Positions 30,114 through 39,986 are shown, counted from the stretch's first letter. The stretch: 64,000 nt of DNA from a virus (IMGVR_UViG_3300028591_000002:110718-174717), one strand, 5' to 3'. Program-made: numbers and translations. Notes: a model not told the origin generated them from the sequence alone.

Positions 30114-30584
30114 CTAAGTTTTTAAATGTTTCATTACTTTATTATAATATGCTTGTGTTCCCTTTACAGTATATCCAGCACCACCATTCCAAATTCTAAT
30201 AGCTTTTTCAACACTATTAGACTTATTATACTTCATCATATAGATAATGAACATTTCAATAGATTTCTCTTTGTTATATCTATCTTTTAAAGTAAATCTT
30301 TTCTTATAACCCAAACTCTTTAAGTAATTGTTACAATCTACAACTAAAGCTGGTCCTATTTGCAAATAACCCACATACTTACCACTTTTACTGACTGCTT
30401 GGGTATTCAAACTCGACTCTACTCTGGCTATAGCTGTAATTACAGGGCCCCAGTAATTACTTTTGTGAACAATTTCCTTATTGAAAGGTATTTCTAAGGA
30501 ATCTGTAGTGTGTCCTTTAAGAGATAACGTACATATTACAAGTGTAATGCATAATAAAAGTTTTTTGAAATTAAATAGTCTCAT
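30114..30584 (-). CDS. lytic transglycosylase (SLT/lysozyme-like domain), secreted
   Basis: AIARVESSLN...GYLQI matches the SLT catalytic-Glu region; signal peptide. Confidence 0.7.
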   Translation of the reverse strand: MRLFNFKKLLLCITLVICTLSLKGHTTDSLEIPFNKEIVHKSNYWGPVITAIARVESSLNTQAVSKSGKYVGYLQIGPALVVDCNNYLKSLGYKKRFTLKDRYNKEKSIEMFIIYMMKYNKSNSVEKAIRIWNGGAGYTVKGTQAYYNKVMKHLKT

Positions 30585-30633
30585 ATTCTCTCAGTTTAAT
30601 ATGTTATTAATAAATTGGGAGGATGGAAGTTGT

Positions 30634-30703
30634 GCTACGTTTTGGAATCGAACCAATTATAGAGAATTTAAAATACTCTGTGTTACCATTACACCATACG
30701 TGC
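30634..30703 (-). tRNA. tRNA-Gln-derived tRNA with UUA anticodon (ochre/amber-suppressor-like), possibly degenerate
   Basis: Body nearly identical to tRNA-Gln(TTG) at 29872 (tggtgtaatggtaacac). Anticodon arm gagta-ttTTAaa-ttctc with one U-U mismatch. The acceptor stem pairs over only 4 bp. Confidence 0.45.
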
Positions 30704-31003
30704 TAATCAAAATTACGTTTCTTATTGAAGAACAAATATATTAATTTTTTCTTTCCTAAAAAAATAATTTTTGTTAAAAAAATAGAAGAGAAATATTAAA
30801 GATACCTCAGCTTTAATTTTCCCTTCTATTGTTGGTATTTTTACCCCGTAGCATGATTATGGTATGCCCTTACCACCAACGCTTCATGTTGAACATTGGA
30901 GAAAGTCAACATCTTTGTAGATTGATGTAAACTGAGGTAGTATTTAGATTATTAAGGGGAAAGGTTATACTTTACTACATTTTTTTACCTTTCCCCTATA
31001 AAA

Positions 31004-32995
31004 TTATTTTACCTCTTCAAACTCGGAAGAATCTTTTTCTTCTTTGTCATCCTTTGGAAGTTCTTTGTTTTCAGCAGTAGGAAGTGTTCCCTTAAAGAGC
31101 TTCTGGAACTGACCCTTAACTCCACTATTAATCATGTCAAGAGATGGAGCAAAGGCCGCAATGAAACTCTTAGCAAACTGTGCACCAGTATTACTATCAC
31201 CATAAACAGAAACCTGACCAAGCTTGATATTCTCAAGAACCTTAGATTGTGCTGCAGCAATTCCTTCATAATGCTCAGTCATCTTGAACTGAACAAAGAG
31301 ATCAGGATTTCCTCCAAATGCATCTACCATTTCTCGAAGAGCAACTGCAGGAGCCATTTCTCTCTTCTGATATGCATCTGCTTCTGCAAACAAACGAGCT
31401 CTTTCACCTTCAGCTTCAGCAAGTTTAACTTGTTTAGTACCTTCAGCTTCTGCAAGCATTGTCATACGAGTTGATTCTGCCTTAGCTTCAGCCTCCTTAA
31501 GAATTCTTTGCTTTACTGCTTCTGCTTCAAGGATGGCTTTTTCTTTGATTGCTTCTGCTTCAATAATTGTCTTCTTCTTAGCCTGTTCAGCTGGAATAAT
31601 TTCATCAGCTTTTAATTTAGCTTCAACTGCTTTAGCTTCAGCTTCATTAACTTCAAGCTGACGTTGTTGCTTAGTCTTAGCTGCAGTCATATCTGCCTCA
31701 ATCTTAGCAACCTGAACAGTCTGGTCAGCATCAGCTTCTGCTTTACCTGCTTTTGCACGTGCTTCTGCAACCAAAATCTTTGCATTTTGTTCTGCTACAC
31801 CTGCATCTTGGTCTGCTTTTGCTGCACGAATCTTCTTTTGTGATGCATATTCAGCAGTTTGTGCTTCTTTCTCTTGAGTTGCTTTAGCAATTGCAGCTTC
31901 CTTTTGTTGATTAGCCTGCTCAATACGAGTTTGTTTAGCAGCTTCTTTCTCATTTTCAGTAGCTTCAGCATCTGCTTTAGCAGCGGCTATAGCTTTACGC
32001 TGAGTTGCTTCAGAATCTGCTTTAGAAGATTCTGCTTTTGCTTTCTGTTCTGCAACGGCAGCAACCATACGTGCTTCAGCTTCTGCTTTCTTAGATTCTG
32101 CATCTGCTTCAGCATTAGCTACAGCAGCAGTCTTAAGAGCTTCTTGAGTAGCAATACCAGATTCTCTCTCTTTTTCAATCTCAGCTAATTGTACTTGCTT
32201 TGCTCGTTGAGTATCAGCAATCTGAGTTTCCTGGTTTTTCTCAATTTCTGCTACTTTAATAGCTTGCTCTTGTTTAGTTTGAGAAACTGTAATTTCTCTT
32301 TGTTTATCAGCTTCTGCAACATTAATTTCTTGCTCTTGATAAATCTTTGCCTTTCTTACTTTTCCATCCTTTTGCTTTTCAGCAATGTCAGCTTCTGCTT
32401 GTGCTCTAGCATCGGTTTCCTTCTTCTTACTCAAGTTATTGATGATATCTTGTTCATCAGCTACCTCTCGAATATTGATATTAAGGATTACATAACCCAC
32501 CTTAGCTAATTCTATACTCAAACTCTTATTAACTTTATCTTGGAATTCCTCCCTATTAGAGTTTAAGTCTTCTACAGTCATAGTAGCTACTACCAATCTT
32601 ATGCTACCATCTACAATAGTCTGCAATACATTTTCTATTTCATCTTGATCAGAGCTTAAAAAACGCATTGCAGCATTTGGTTGTATTTCTGAATCTGAAG
32701 AAATAGCAGTAGTTAAAGCAGTATTAACTCTGGTTTTAATTTTATTTATATCAGGACTTATGATGTTTGAAGTAATTTGAATAGGCCGCATAGACATAGT
32801 TTTGTAGTCCTGAATAACAGGCCATACAAATACACCACCTCCAGGATAAAGTTTAGCAGCAGATTTACTGCCTACTTTACCATATACTACCATAAGTTGG
32901 TCACTTGGACATTTTCTATAACGAGAAAGAAGTCCTACGATGGTTGCTATAATAAGAAGAACAACCACTGCTGTAATAATTAAACTTGAATACAT
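31004..32995 (-). CDS. SPFH/band-7 (flotillin-like) membrane protein with long Ala/Glu/Lys-rich coiled-coil
   Basis: N-terminal TM helix, SPFH-like region, then about 300 aa of EA/KA heptad-like repeats; 663 aa. Confidence 0.75.
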   Translation of the reverse strand: MYSSLIITAVVVLLIIATIVGLLSRYRKCPSDQLMVVYGKVGSKSAAKLYPGGGVFVWPVIQDYKTMSMRPIQITSNIISPDINKIKTRVNTALTTAISSDSEIQPNAAMRFLSSDQDEIENVLQTIVDGSIRLVVATMTVEDLNSNREEFQDKVNKSLSIELAKVGYVILNINIREVADEQDIINNLSKKKETDARAQAEADIAEKQKDGKVRKAKIYQEQEINVAEADKQREITVSQTKQEQAIKVAEIEKNQETQIADTQRAKQVQLAEIEKERESGIATQEALKTAAVANAEADAESKKAEAEARMVAAVAEQKAKAESSKADSEATQRKAIAAAKADAEATENEKEAAKQTRIEQANQQKEAAIAKATQEKEAQTAEYASQKKIRAAKADQDAGVAEQNAKILVAEARAKAGKAEADADQTVQVAKIEADMTAAKTKQQRQLEVNEAEAKAVEAKLKADEIIPAEQAKKKTIIEAEAIKEKAILEAEAVKQRILKEAEAKAESTRMTMLAEAEGTKQVKLAEAEGERARLFAEADAYQKREMAPAVALREMVDAFGGNPDLFVQFKMTEHYEGIAAAQSKVLENIKLGQVSVYGDSNTGAQFAKSFIAAFAPSLDMINSGVKGQFQKLFKGTLPTAENKELPKDDKEEKDSSEFEEVK

Positions 32996-33520
32996 TTAAA
33001 TAAAATAATTTGAGTTTTTAAATTCCTTAATTGTAACTATATCTCCTGTTTCTAAATGTTCATTTTTAGAAAGAGCAATCTCTTCTATTAATCCTAAACC
33101 ATTGAAGAAGGTTATAACGTATTTGTAAAAACCATCTTCTGTTTTATTGCCTTGATGAGACATATAAACAGTAGCGGATTTTCCTACTAAATCTTCTCCA
33201 ACTAAAATTTCAGGAGAGTGTTCCAATTTAAGAGTTAATTTATATATGTAGTAAAGTATAAACATGAAGATAATTCCTACTAAAACAGCTATAGCATAAC
33301 TATACCAAGCAACTGTTCCTGCTAAAGTTAGCCAAGTAGAGAATCCCATTGCAAAATGAGTAATTCCTTTAAAGGAGAATAAATCTCCTAAAGAGAAATC
33401 TACATCTGTATCTAAGTCAATGTCTACATCGATATCTCCTGCAAAGAGAGACATGATAAATTGTATTATAAAGATAGAGTAGGATACTATACCTACAATA
33501 TGATACCAGAGTAAAATCAT
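32996..33520 (-). CDS. NfeD-like membrane protein (partner of the SPFH protein)
   Basis: Polytopic TM N-terminus plus a C-terminal soluble beta-domain, immediately upstream of and abutting the SPFH gene. Confidence 0.6.
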   Translation of the reverse strand: MILLWYHIVGIVSYSIFIIQFIMSLFAGDIDVDIDLDTDVDFSLGDLFSFKGITHFAMGFSTWLTLAGTVAWYSYAIAVLVGIIFMFILYYIYKLTLKLEHSPEILVGEDLVGKSATVYMSHQGNKTEDGFYKYVITFFNGLGLIEEIALSKNEHLETGDIVTIKEFKNSNYFI

Positions 33521-33619
33521 ATTTTAAATTTCTTTGTTAATTCTTCATTAAATATTATTCTAGTTTCATTATAAAATTTAAGGGAAAAGATATAATACCC
33601 TTTCCCTTATATTAATTAA

Positions 33620-34276
33620 TTATTTCTAAGTCATTATCGATGTAACTCCTATATCATAATTAGAACCTAACAAATCTTTTAAAGGGTCTTCCATTATATT
33701 CCCATGAAAGTTATGTCTAACTACCCAATCTTTTCCATTATGTAATAAGATTCCTGTATGAGTTCCTTGAGAGTATGAATTTCCTTTTCTTGATTTATAA
33801 TCCCAAGGACTTAAATTAACATACATATTAGCTACATAAGATTGTTTAGGATTTAACTTACTTATATCAAGTTTCTTTTTTAAATTTTCTGCTGCATCTA
33901 AATTATAAGAATAATGATTCTAATAGGAATTACCCTTTCTATCTTTTAAAGTAATTCCTTCATAACCATTTATATAAGGTTTAACATAATCATGAGTCCA
34001 AGCATTTCCCCCTTTTTCTCTTTTAAAATATTTATTTACAAAGTGGGCACATTGTGGACTTGTATGTTTCTAACCTGTAGGATGCATTCGATATCTTTTT
34101 CTACCTCGTGCATCTGAGTATTCTGGAGGTGCAGGCATCATTATCCCATGCATTGAAGCTCTTTTTAAAGGATTTGCTGGAGTTAACATATCTGCATATC
34201 CAGAAGCTTTCTAAATAATATTTTTTATTGCACTAAGAACATCACCTCCAAACGAATATTTATTAATTTTATTCAT
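33620..34276 (-). CDS. hypothetical hydrolase-like protein; gene contains 3 in-frame TAG codons (TAG-recoded)
   Basis: Own translation of the minus strand gives a continuous frame of about 215 codons ...MHPTG(TAG)KHTSPQCAHFVNKYF...SQGTHTGILLHNGKDWVVRHNFHGNIM... ending at TAA 33620-33622. The ORF track sees only the last 66 aa (33626..33826). The start coordinate is approximate because of the display gap. Confidence 0.55.
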
Positions 34277-34850
34277 AAGCAATTAATACTGTTTTATCGT
34301 TTTCACATTCATGACTCATACAATATTTTATAGCATTATAGGTATGCCAGCTCACTGCAAAACATCCTTCACTTGCTTTTGTGAGTGGAAAATTCATACC
34401 AGGAATATTAAATGGAAGTAACGAAGCCATAAGACTGGAATGAATGTAAATTCCTCTTTCTTCTGCATTTGAATTTGTTTCACTCCAACCTTTAAGTTTG
34501 ATGGCTTCTTCTCCATTTTCCATTCTTACAATTCCTTCCAAAGTATAAGTACCTAGTGAAGAGCATTTACTACCTATTTCATTACTGAACTCTGGTTTTG
34601 AAGAAGTACTTTTTCCACCATAACCATGTAAACATACTCCTGAGTAAATCAAGTGAGCATCAATAGAAACATCATAGATAAACAGTCTATCTTCACAAGA
34701 TGGTTTAGAGAAATCCACATGTATTTCGTAGGTACGAAAATTTGGAACTTCATCTTTTATAGGAGTCCATTCTGGTCCTTTGGGAACACAGAAGGAAATG
34801 ACTATGCCTGCAATGAAAGCAATTATAAGATATTTTAATAGTTTATTCAT
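34269..34850 (-). CDS. YkuD-like L,D-transpeptidase-fold protein, secreted
   Basis: N-terminal TM/signal; ...IYIHSS...TKASEGCFAVSW resembles the YkuD His...(S/T)xGC motif. Confidence 0.5.
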   Translation of the reverse strand: MNKLLKYLIIAFIAGIVISFCVPKGPEWTPIKDEVPNFRTYEIHVDFSKPSCEDRLFIYDVSIDAHLIYSGVCLHGYGGKSTSSKPEFSNEIGSKCSSLGTYTLEGIVRMENGEEAIKLKGWSETNSNAEERGIYIHSSLMASLLPFNIPGMNFPLTKASEGCFAVSWHTYNAIKYCMSHECENDKTVLIAYE

Positions 34851-35439
34851 TTTTATATAAATTTAACAATTTTAAATTGTATTTACAGTAATCACAAAGT
34901 TTAAATTTATTTTTAAAATTCGCTTTACCTTTAGCATCTTTCATTATACATGTCTCAACATCTTTAGAACAATGTGAAACACAATAATATGTATGTATAA
35001 ATTCGTGAATTATTACTTTCCAATAATCTCTATTTTTATTTTTTAATCTATAATCTGAAACTACACAAGTATAAGTATTAAGAATTGAAAGTCCTAAAAT
35101 TCCCCAATCATCATGATTTCTTAATGTAGTTGAAATATCATCATGTAATAATCCAATTATTATATGTTTTTTAGATGCTTTTTGCTTATACTTATTTATA
35201 ATTTTATTTCCTCTATATCTTGAATGATTTACATTATATAAATCATCAGAAAGATTTTGAGGAGATTTTATTATAAATACCGGATTTAAATTTAATTCAT
35301 TTGTTATAAATTCTTTTAATTTAGGAACTAACTCTTTAATTTCATTAATTTTAAAATTATTATATGGTTGTAGTTCTACAATTATTTTTTCATTTATAAA
35401 AGAATTTAATATTATATATGCTATTAAAATTAGTTTCAT
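34843..35439 (-). CDS. zinc metalloprotease (HExxH)
   Basis: IIHEFIHTYYC contains HEFIH; signal peptide; 8-nt overlap with the downstream gene. Confidence 0.55.
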   Translation of the reverse strand: MKLILIAYIILNSFINEKIIVELQPYNNFKINEIKELVPKLKEFITNELNLNPVFIIKSPQNLSDDLYNVNHSRYRGNKIINKYKQKASKKHIIIGLLHDDISTTLRNHDDWGILGLSILNTYTCVVSDYRLKNKNRDYWKVIIHEFIHTYYCVSHCSKDVETCIMKDAKGKANFKNKFKLCDYCKYNLKLLNLYKNE

Positions 35440-37208
35440 ATTCTATTATTATAATAGGCTTTTATCATTTTTCCTTTACTGTTCATAATACTATCAGGAT
35501 TATTTTCTCCCCAAGACATTTGCATTTTTCCATTCTTTTCTATTAATTTATTACCCTAAACTTCTGGAAGAACATATACTGTATCATTGTCATTTAATAT
35601 TTTATCATTGTACAAATGAGACATAACTCCACAATCTGGAGAAACACATCCATATGAAACTCTTTTAGATGCTTTAGAATTTTTTAATGCTTGTAATCTA
35701 CTATTACTTGCTGGACTATGTAATGCCTATCCTATTTTTCCAGGAGAATCTGGATACATTATAAACAAAGGTTCTTTTCCTAAATAGTTACTATTAGCTC
35801 TACTTTCTAAAGTAAATACTCCAGCACCAGTAGTACGTGGAGAATCTGATAAATATTTAGCATCACTATTAACCATCATATCTCCAACATTTTTTCCTAA
35901 TGTAATTGGATGTTCTTCCAAAAGTTTATCTTTTTGATAAATCTATAATTTTTGATTTACTTTATCTATTACACCGTATCTATCATTAACATTGTATTTT
36001 GATTTATGGTCCAGTATAGCCTAAAGTCCAGTATTAGGGGAATCTTCAATTTCTTTAGCTGGCTTAAATAATTTACTAATAAAAGAAATATTTGGAAACA
36101 TAGAAGACTTAATAATCTAAGGTTCATTTATCTATTTCTATGTAGATTTTCTACTAGCAGCTTCTTTTGCCATAGCTTGTCTAGTTTTAGGACCCATAAT
36201 TCCATCAACCGCTTGTTCAAAAGTAGTTCCTTCATCATAGAAGCCTCCTTTAAAAAGTCTTTCTTGAAGTCCTGCTACATTTTCAACATAATTATTTCTT
36301 CTTCTTGATTCTTTTTTAACTGCCTTATCTCTAACAGTCTTTTCGTTTTGAACTTTAGAATCTACATTATTTAAATGTTTATTAAGTGTATTATTCCAAC
36401 GAGATTCTAAATTAGTTTCATTTTGTTTTTGTTCTTCTTGAACTTTTTTCTTTTCTTCAGCATATTTTTTGAAATAATTAAACTTATCTCCATTCTATGC
36501 TTTTATTAGTCCACCTTCCTAAAAGAAAGCATGGTATATATCATTTCCTATCATACCCAATCCAAATCCATTTGAAAATTTTGAAAAATTAGACTTTTGT
36601 AATCTATTTAATCTATTTGCAGTTTTTGCCATAGGTTTAGCTAAAGGTTTATAAGCTTTTGCTCCGACTTTTGCAAGTTTACCAAGACCTCCAATAAAAG
36701 GTAATATAAAAGCCGCATCAGTTAATCCTTCTTTCCATCTTCCTTTTCTAAAATTTTTAATGGCATCATATCCAGAGATTAAAGAACCTACTGGAGTGAA
36801 ATAAGGAAGAGATTTTATTATTCCTGAAGTTAAAGCTCCTGCTATTCCTGAATTTTCTAATCTCTATAAATTGTCATCTAAACCTAATTTTTTAGCTATT
36901 CCAATTACAATATTGGCAGATAAACCTTCATCTTCTTCAGGGGTATTTTGTCCAGCATTTCTAGATACTAAACCTTTTTTTGATAATAATTTCTAACCAG
37001 CACTTGTGATTCCTTTGCTATCTTTAATTTTAATAGCTGTTCCATCTGAATTTAATTGATACTAATCTCCCAAATCATCTGTGGAAATTACACCTAATCC
37101 AATCTTCTTTCCATCTTTCTTCCAGACACCTTTTCCAAAGTAACCTTTATTACTTTTGTATCTTTCTGAGGTATCAAAGTAATAACCTTTCTAATATTTT
37201 TTAACCAT
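35436..37208 (-). CDS. peptidoglycan-binding-domain protein with YkuD-like C-terminal region; 11 in-frame TAG codons (TAG-recoded)
   Basis: Own translation: ATG at 37206-37208, 591 codons, only TAG occurs in frame, terminates at TGA overlapping the ATG of 34843..35439. Contains ...FEQAVDGIMGPKTRQAMAKEAA (PG_binding_1-like) and ...RVSYGCVSPDCGVMSH (YkuD-like). Invisible to the standard-code ORF track. Confidence 0.65.
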
Positions 37209-37290
37209 TTTTTTACTTTATTTTATTTAAAATTAAATTAATTACACTACAAACTAATGTATAAAAAATTTTTTAAAAATACAAATAAAA

Positions 37291-37326
37291 ATATAAAAAA
37301 TTAAAGGAGCCTAAAAAGACTCCTTT
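37291..37326 (-). terminator. rho-independent terminator (minus strand)
   Basis: Hairpin aaaggag-N10-ctccttt, with an A-run on the plus side (U-run on the minus transcript), directly downstream of the 37358..39830 minus operon. Confidence 0.55.
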
Positions 37327-37357
37327 AAAATGTGGTTTATGTTGAAAATTATTAATG

Positions 37358-37579
37358 TTAAGCTTCACTCAATATTGTTCCCAGTTCTTTAAAAGCTTCA
37401 AATTTCTCAACACCTTGGACAGCACCTTCTACTATCATACGGAAAGTAGGGTTATGATGCATTTCATATGCAATAGCAGCCATCAGTTCTACAACGTTTC
37501 CGTCACATTCGAAGTGGATTGTTTTTTCATTTACCTCAATTAAGAGTTTTGATTTCTTTTCTTCTTCCATTTTTACCAA
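37358..37579 (-). CDS. hypothetical protein
   Basis: 73 aa ORF. Confidence 0.4.
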   Translation of the reverse strand: MVKMEEEKKSKLLIEVNEKTIHFECDGNVVELMAAIAYEMHHNPTFRMIVEGAVQGVEKFEAFKELGTILSEA

Positions 37580-37776
37580 ATAATTACATAATATGTTTTA
37601 AACTCTTGAATTTCATAACCCAAAGCTACCAAATACTTTAAATAAGTTTCTGGAAGAGGGGCATTAACTCTAAATTCACTTTTACCCTTTTTGGCTGATT
37701 CTATAATTCCTTCAAAAATAGAATTAAGAACTTTACCTATTTTTGTTAATTCCTTTGCTTCTTTTGCTGTAATCAT
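37573..37776 (-). CDS. hypothetical protein
   Basis: 67 aa ORF. Confidence 0.4.
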   Translation of the reverse strand: MITAKEAKELTKIGKVLNSIFEGIIESAKKGKSEFRVNAPLPETYLKYLVALGYEIQEFKTYYVIIW

Positions 37777-37777
37777 A

Positions 37778-37999
37778 TCACCAACTTATGAGAGTATAAT
37801 CATTACATTGAATTACTGTATAACCAAAGTCTTTATAAACTAAGACTTTTTCTTCTGGAAGACAAGGTTGAATAGCACACTTATACAATCCCTTTTCAGC
37901 AGCCTCTTGTATTTTATTATTTATATACATGAGACTAGGACTATTATCCGCTATTCTTTTAGCTTCTTCTGCTGTAAGTAAAGTATTCATATTAATCAT
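37778..37999 (-). CDS. hypothetical protein
   Basis: 73 aa ORF. Confidence 0.4.
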   Translation of the reverse strand: MINMNTLLTAEEAKRIADNSPSLMYINNKIQEAAEKGLYKCAIQPCLPEEKVLVYKDFGYTVIQCNDYTLISW

Positions 38000-38549
38000 A
38001 CCAAATATCAGAGTAATATTCTCTAATTTTATAATACAAGTTTTTACATTTAGCTACATAAAGTTCATGAAGTTTTTTAAGATAATATTCTTTATTATCA
38101 GCATTAATAAATCTTAAGGCATTTCTTGTATTTATGTAAGGTCCATCATAGTGATATTTATGATTGGACCAGTCCATTTCATATAATTCTGCTTTCTTGT
38201 TATTTGGAGATTTTATAGAATTTCCATAATAATCTTTAATTACTGGAATAAACTCTACTTTCCCAGTAAAATGGAAATAATCTGAACCTTCAGTATTTAT
38301 AACATGAAGACAGTGTTTTGCCCATTTAAGAGAACGATATGTTTGCTCCCAACTTTCTAATCTTTTATGTTTAGAGAACCATCTAAGAGCCTTATCAATC
38401 TGTCTTTCTTCTAACTCGGTAAGAAAATAATAGTCCCAACCATAGCTAAGAAAGGCTTGCTTAACAAGTCTCCAGTGTTCTTTATTCCAGTTGCAATAAA
38501 ACCAATATCTGATAGTTCTATACCAGTTTGGTTTTTTAAAAAATTTCAT
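37992..38549 (-). CDS. hypothetical protein
   Basis: 185 aa ORF. Confidence 0.45.
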   Translation of the reverse strand: MKFFKKPNWYRTIRYWFYCNWNKEHWRLVKQAFLSYGWDYYFLTELEERQIDKALRWFSKHKRLESWEQTYRSLKWAKHCLHVINTEGSDYFHFTGKVEFIPVIKDYYGNSIKSPNNKKAELYEMDWSNHKYHYDGPYINTRNALRFINADNKEYYLKKLHELYVAKCKNLYYKIREYYSDIWYD

Positions 38550-38890
38550 GATGCTAATAATAGTTTTGCCATTTTTTCAGAATGATGTTGGTATCTAGTA
38601 GTGAAAACTTCTGAATTATCTGATAATTTATGGATATCACAAGGATATTCATCATTATCTGGCCATACATAAGCTATTAAATCTGCATTTTTCCAAATAT
38701 AAACATGACAACCTTCCGTAGTTGTTTTATCATACTTAAATCTGGAATATTCTTTATGTAAGCCTTTCCACGTTTTATATATATTATGGTCCCATACGTA
38801 ACAACAAACTTTGTTATTACTTATAGTCCAATAAAATGTCATAAATAACATTACAAAAACCCATAGAGAGATAGCAAATATTAACTCCAT
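38546..38890 (-). CDS. hypothetical membrane-anchored protein
   Basis: N-terminal TM helix. Confidence 0.45.
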   Translation of the reverse strand: MELIFAISLWVFVMLFMTFYWTISNNKVCCYVWDHNIYKTWKGLHKEYSRFKYDKTTTEGCHVYIWKNADLIAYVWPDNDEYPCDIHKLSDNSEVFTTRYQHHSEKMAKLLLAS

Positions 38891-39615
38891 AAATATTCAA
38901 CTTCTTTCATTTTTAAGTAATTATCTAATGTTCCAAAGTTCATTGCATGATAAATTTGTTGAGGCTTTTCTAGATTAACAATCTTAAAATTAGGCATTTC
39001 TGGGCCAAAGCCTTCTACAACTTTATTTACCAATGTTTTCCAATAGGCATCTGCAATTTCACCTTTTACTACCATAGCAGGAAACGGTGCAGAGTCAGAT
39101 AATGAGAAATGTTTGTCTAAAATTATACCTAACTCTTGACTATCCTTTATTAAACTTTTATAAGGATTTCTTCCAACATAATCTGTATTAGTAACTACTT
39201 GTACTTTTATATCAAATTCTGAATTTATTCTCACGATTCTTTTCATGTTCATTAACTGAAGATCTCTACTCCAAGTTATAATATAATAATCTTTAAGATT
39301 AAATTCATTATTTAATTCATCTGCAGGTACTAAGTAAGGATAGTCCTCTATAAACTGTATATCATGAATTGTAATAAAGACATATTTGTCAAATTTTTCA
39401 GCAGTAACATGAAGTCCTTCAAGTCCTTTAGAAATTTCATCAATATCTGCTTCAATAATGCCTAAATAATGTAAATTACCTTCATGAATAAAATGTCCCA
39501 TAGAATGGGAACCTCCAGTTATTAGTTTTAAGCCATCAGGAATTGTAATAGTAGAATCTATTACTCCTCCCCATTGTCCTTGCTTGACTTTATAAGTTTT
39601 AAATAACATAATCAA
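38881..39615 (-). CDS. hypothetical protein
   Basis: 244 aa; a GGSHSMG...EADID segment weakly resembles a nucleotidyltransferase motif (uncertain). Confidence 0.45.
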   Translation of the reverse strand: MIMLFKTYKVKQGQWGGVIDSTITIPDGLKLITGGSHSMGHFIHEGNLHYLGIIEADIDEISKGLEGLHVTAEKFDKYVFITIHDIQFIEDYPYLVPADELNNEFNLKDYYIITWSRDLQLMNMKRIVRINSEFDIKVQVVTNTDYVGRNPYKSLIKDSQELGIILDKHFSLSDSAPFPAMVVKGEIADAYWKTLVNKVVEGFGPEMPNFKIVNLEKPQQIYHAMNFGTLDNYLKMKEVEYLWS

Positions 39616-39830
39616 TGAATTTTAGCTTTAAGTCTAGCAATTTCTTCAGAAAGTCTACCACACTCTTCTGCATAGCTTCTTCCTGGATGATAATGTCCAA
39701 AGTTACCTCTTATTGTTGTCCAAGGCTCCTTGTCTTTCTTAGCTTCTTTAAATTTCTTATAAGTGGCTTCAAGCCTTTTCAATGCACCTTTACGGCGTGC
39801 ATTAAGCCCACCTTTCTTACTTCTTCCCAT
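39612..39830 (-). CDS. small basic protein
   Basis: 72 aa, Lys/Arg-rich. Confidence 0.4.
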   Translation of the reverse strand: MGRSKKGGLNARRKGALKRLEATYKKFKEAKKDKEPWTTIRGNFGHYHPGRSYAEECGRLSEEIARLKAKIH

Positions 39831-39859
39831 AAATTTAAATATATTAATAAATTAAGTAG

Positions 39860-39931
39860 TGTGTTCGCTGGGACTCGAACCCAGGCCTCTCGCATTAAAA
39901 GTGCGATACTCTACCACTGAGTTACGAACAC
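39860..39931 (-). tRNA. tRNA-Lys(TTT)
   Basis: Acceptor gtgttcg/cgaacac, anticodon arm tcgca-ctTTTaa-tgcga. Confidence 0.85.
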
Positions 39932-39986
39932 ATCAGGAGATACGCAATGTACCCAGAGAATTTCACCCTATATCTCTGTTAACTAG

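Noticed and set aside
30634-30703. Reading the TTA-anticodon tRNA as tRNA-Lys(TTT) via alternative stem agagt/attct
   Set aside because: It requires a non-canonical D-stem, and a proper tRNA-Lys(TTT) exists at 39860-39931; the body is clearly Gln-derived.
31247-32509. Plus-strand ORFs 31247.., 31859.., 32189.. (Cys/Phe/Ser-rich)
   Set aside because: Antisense to the low-complexity Ala/Glu/Lys repeat of the SPFH gene; long antisense ORFs are expected from such repeats.
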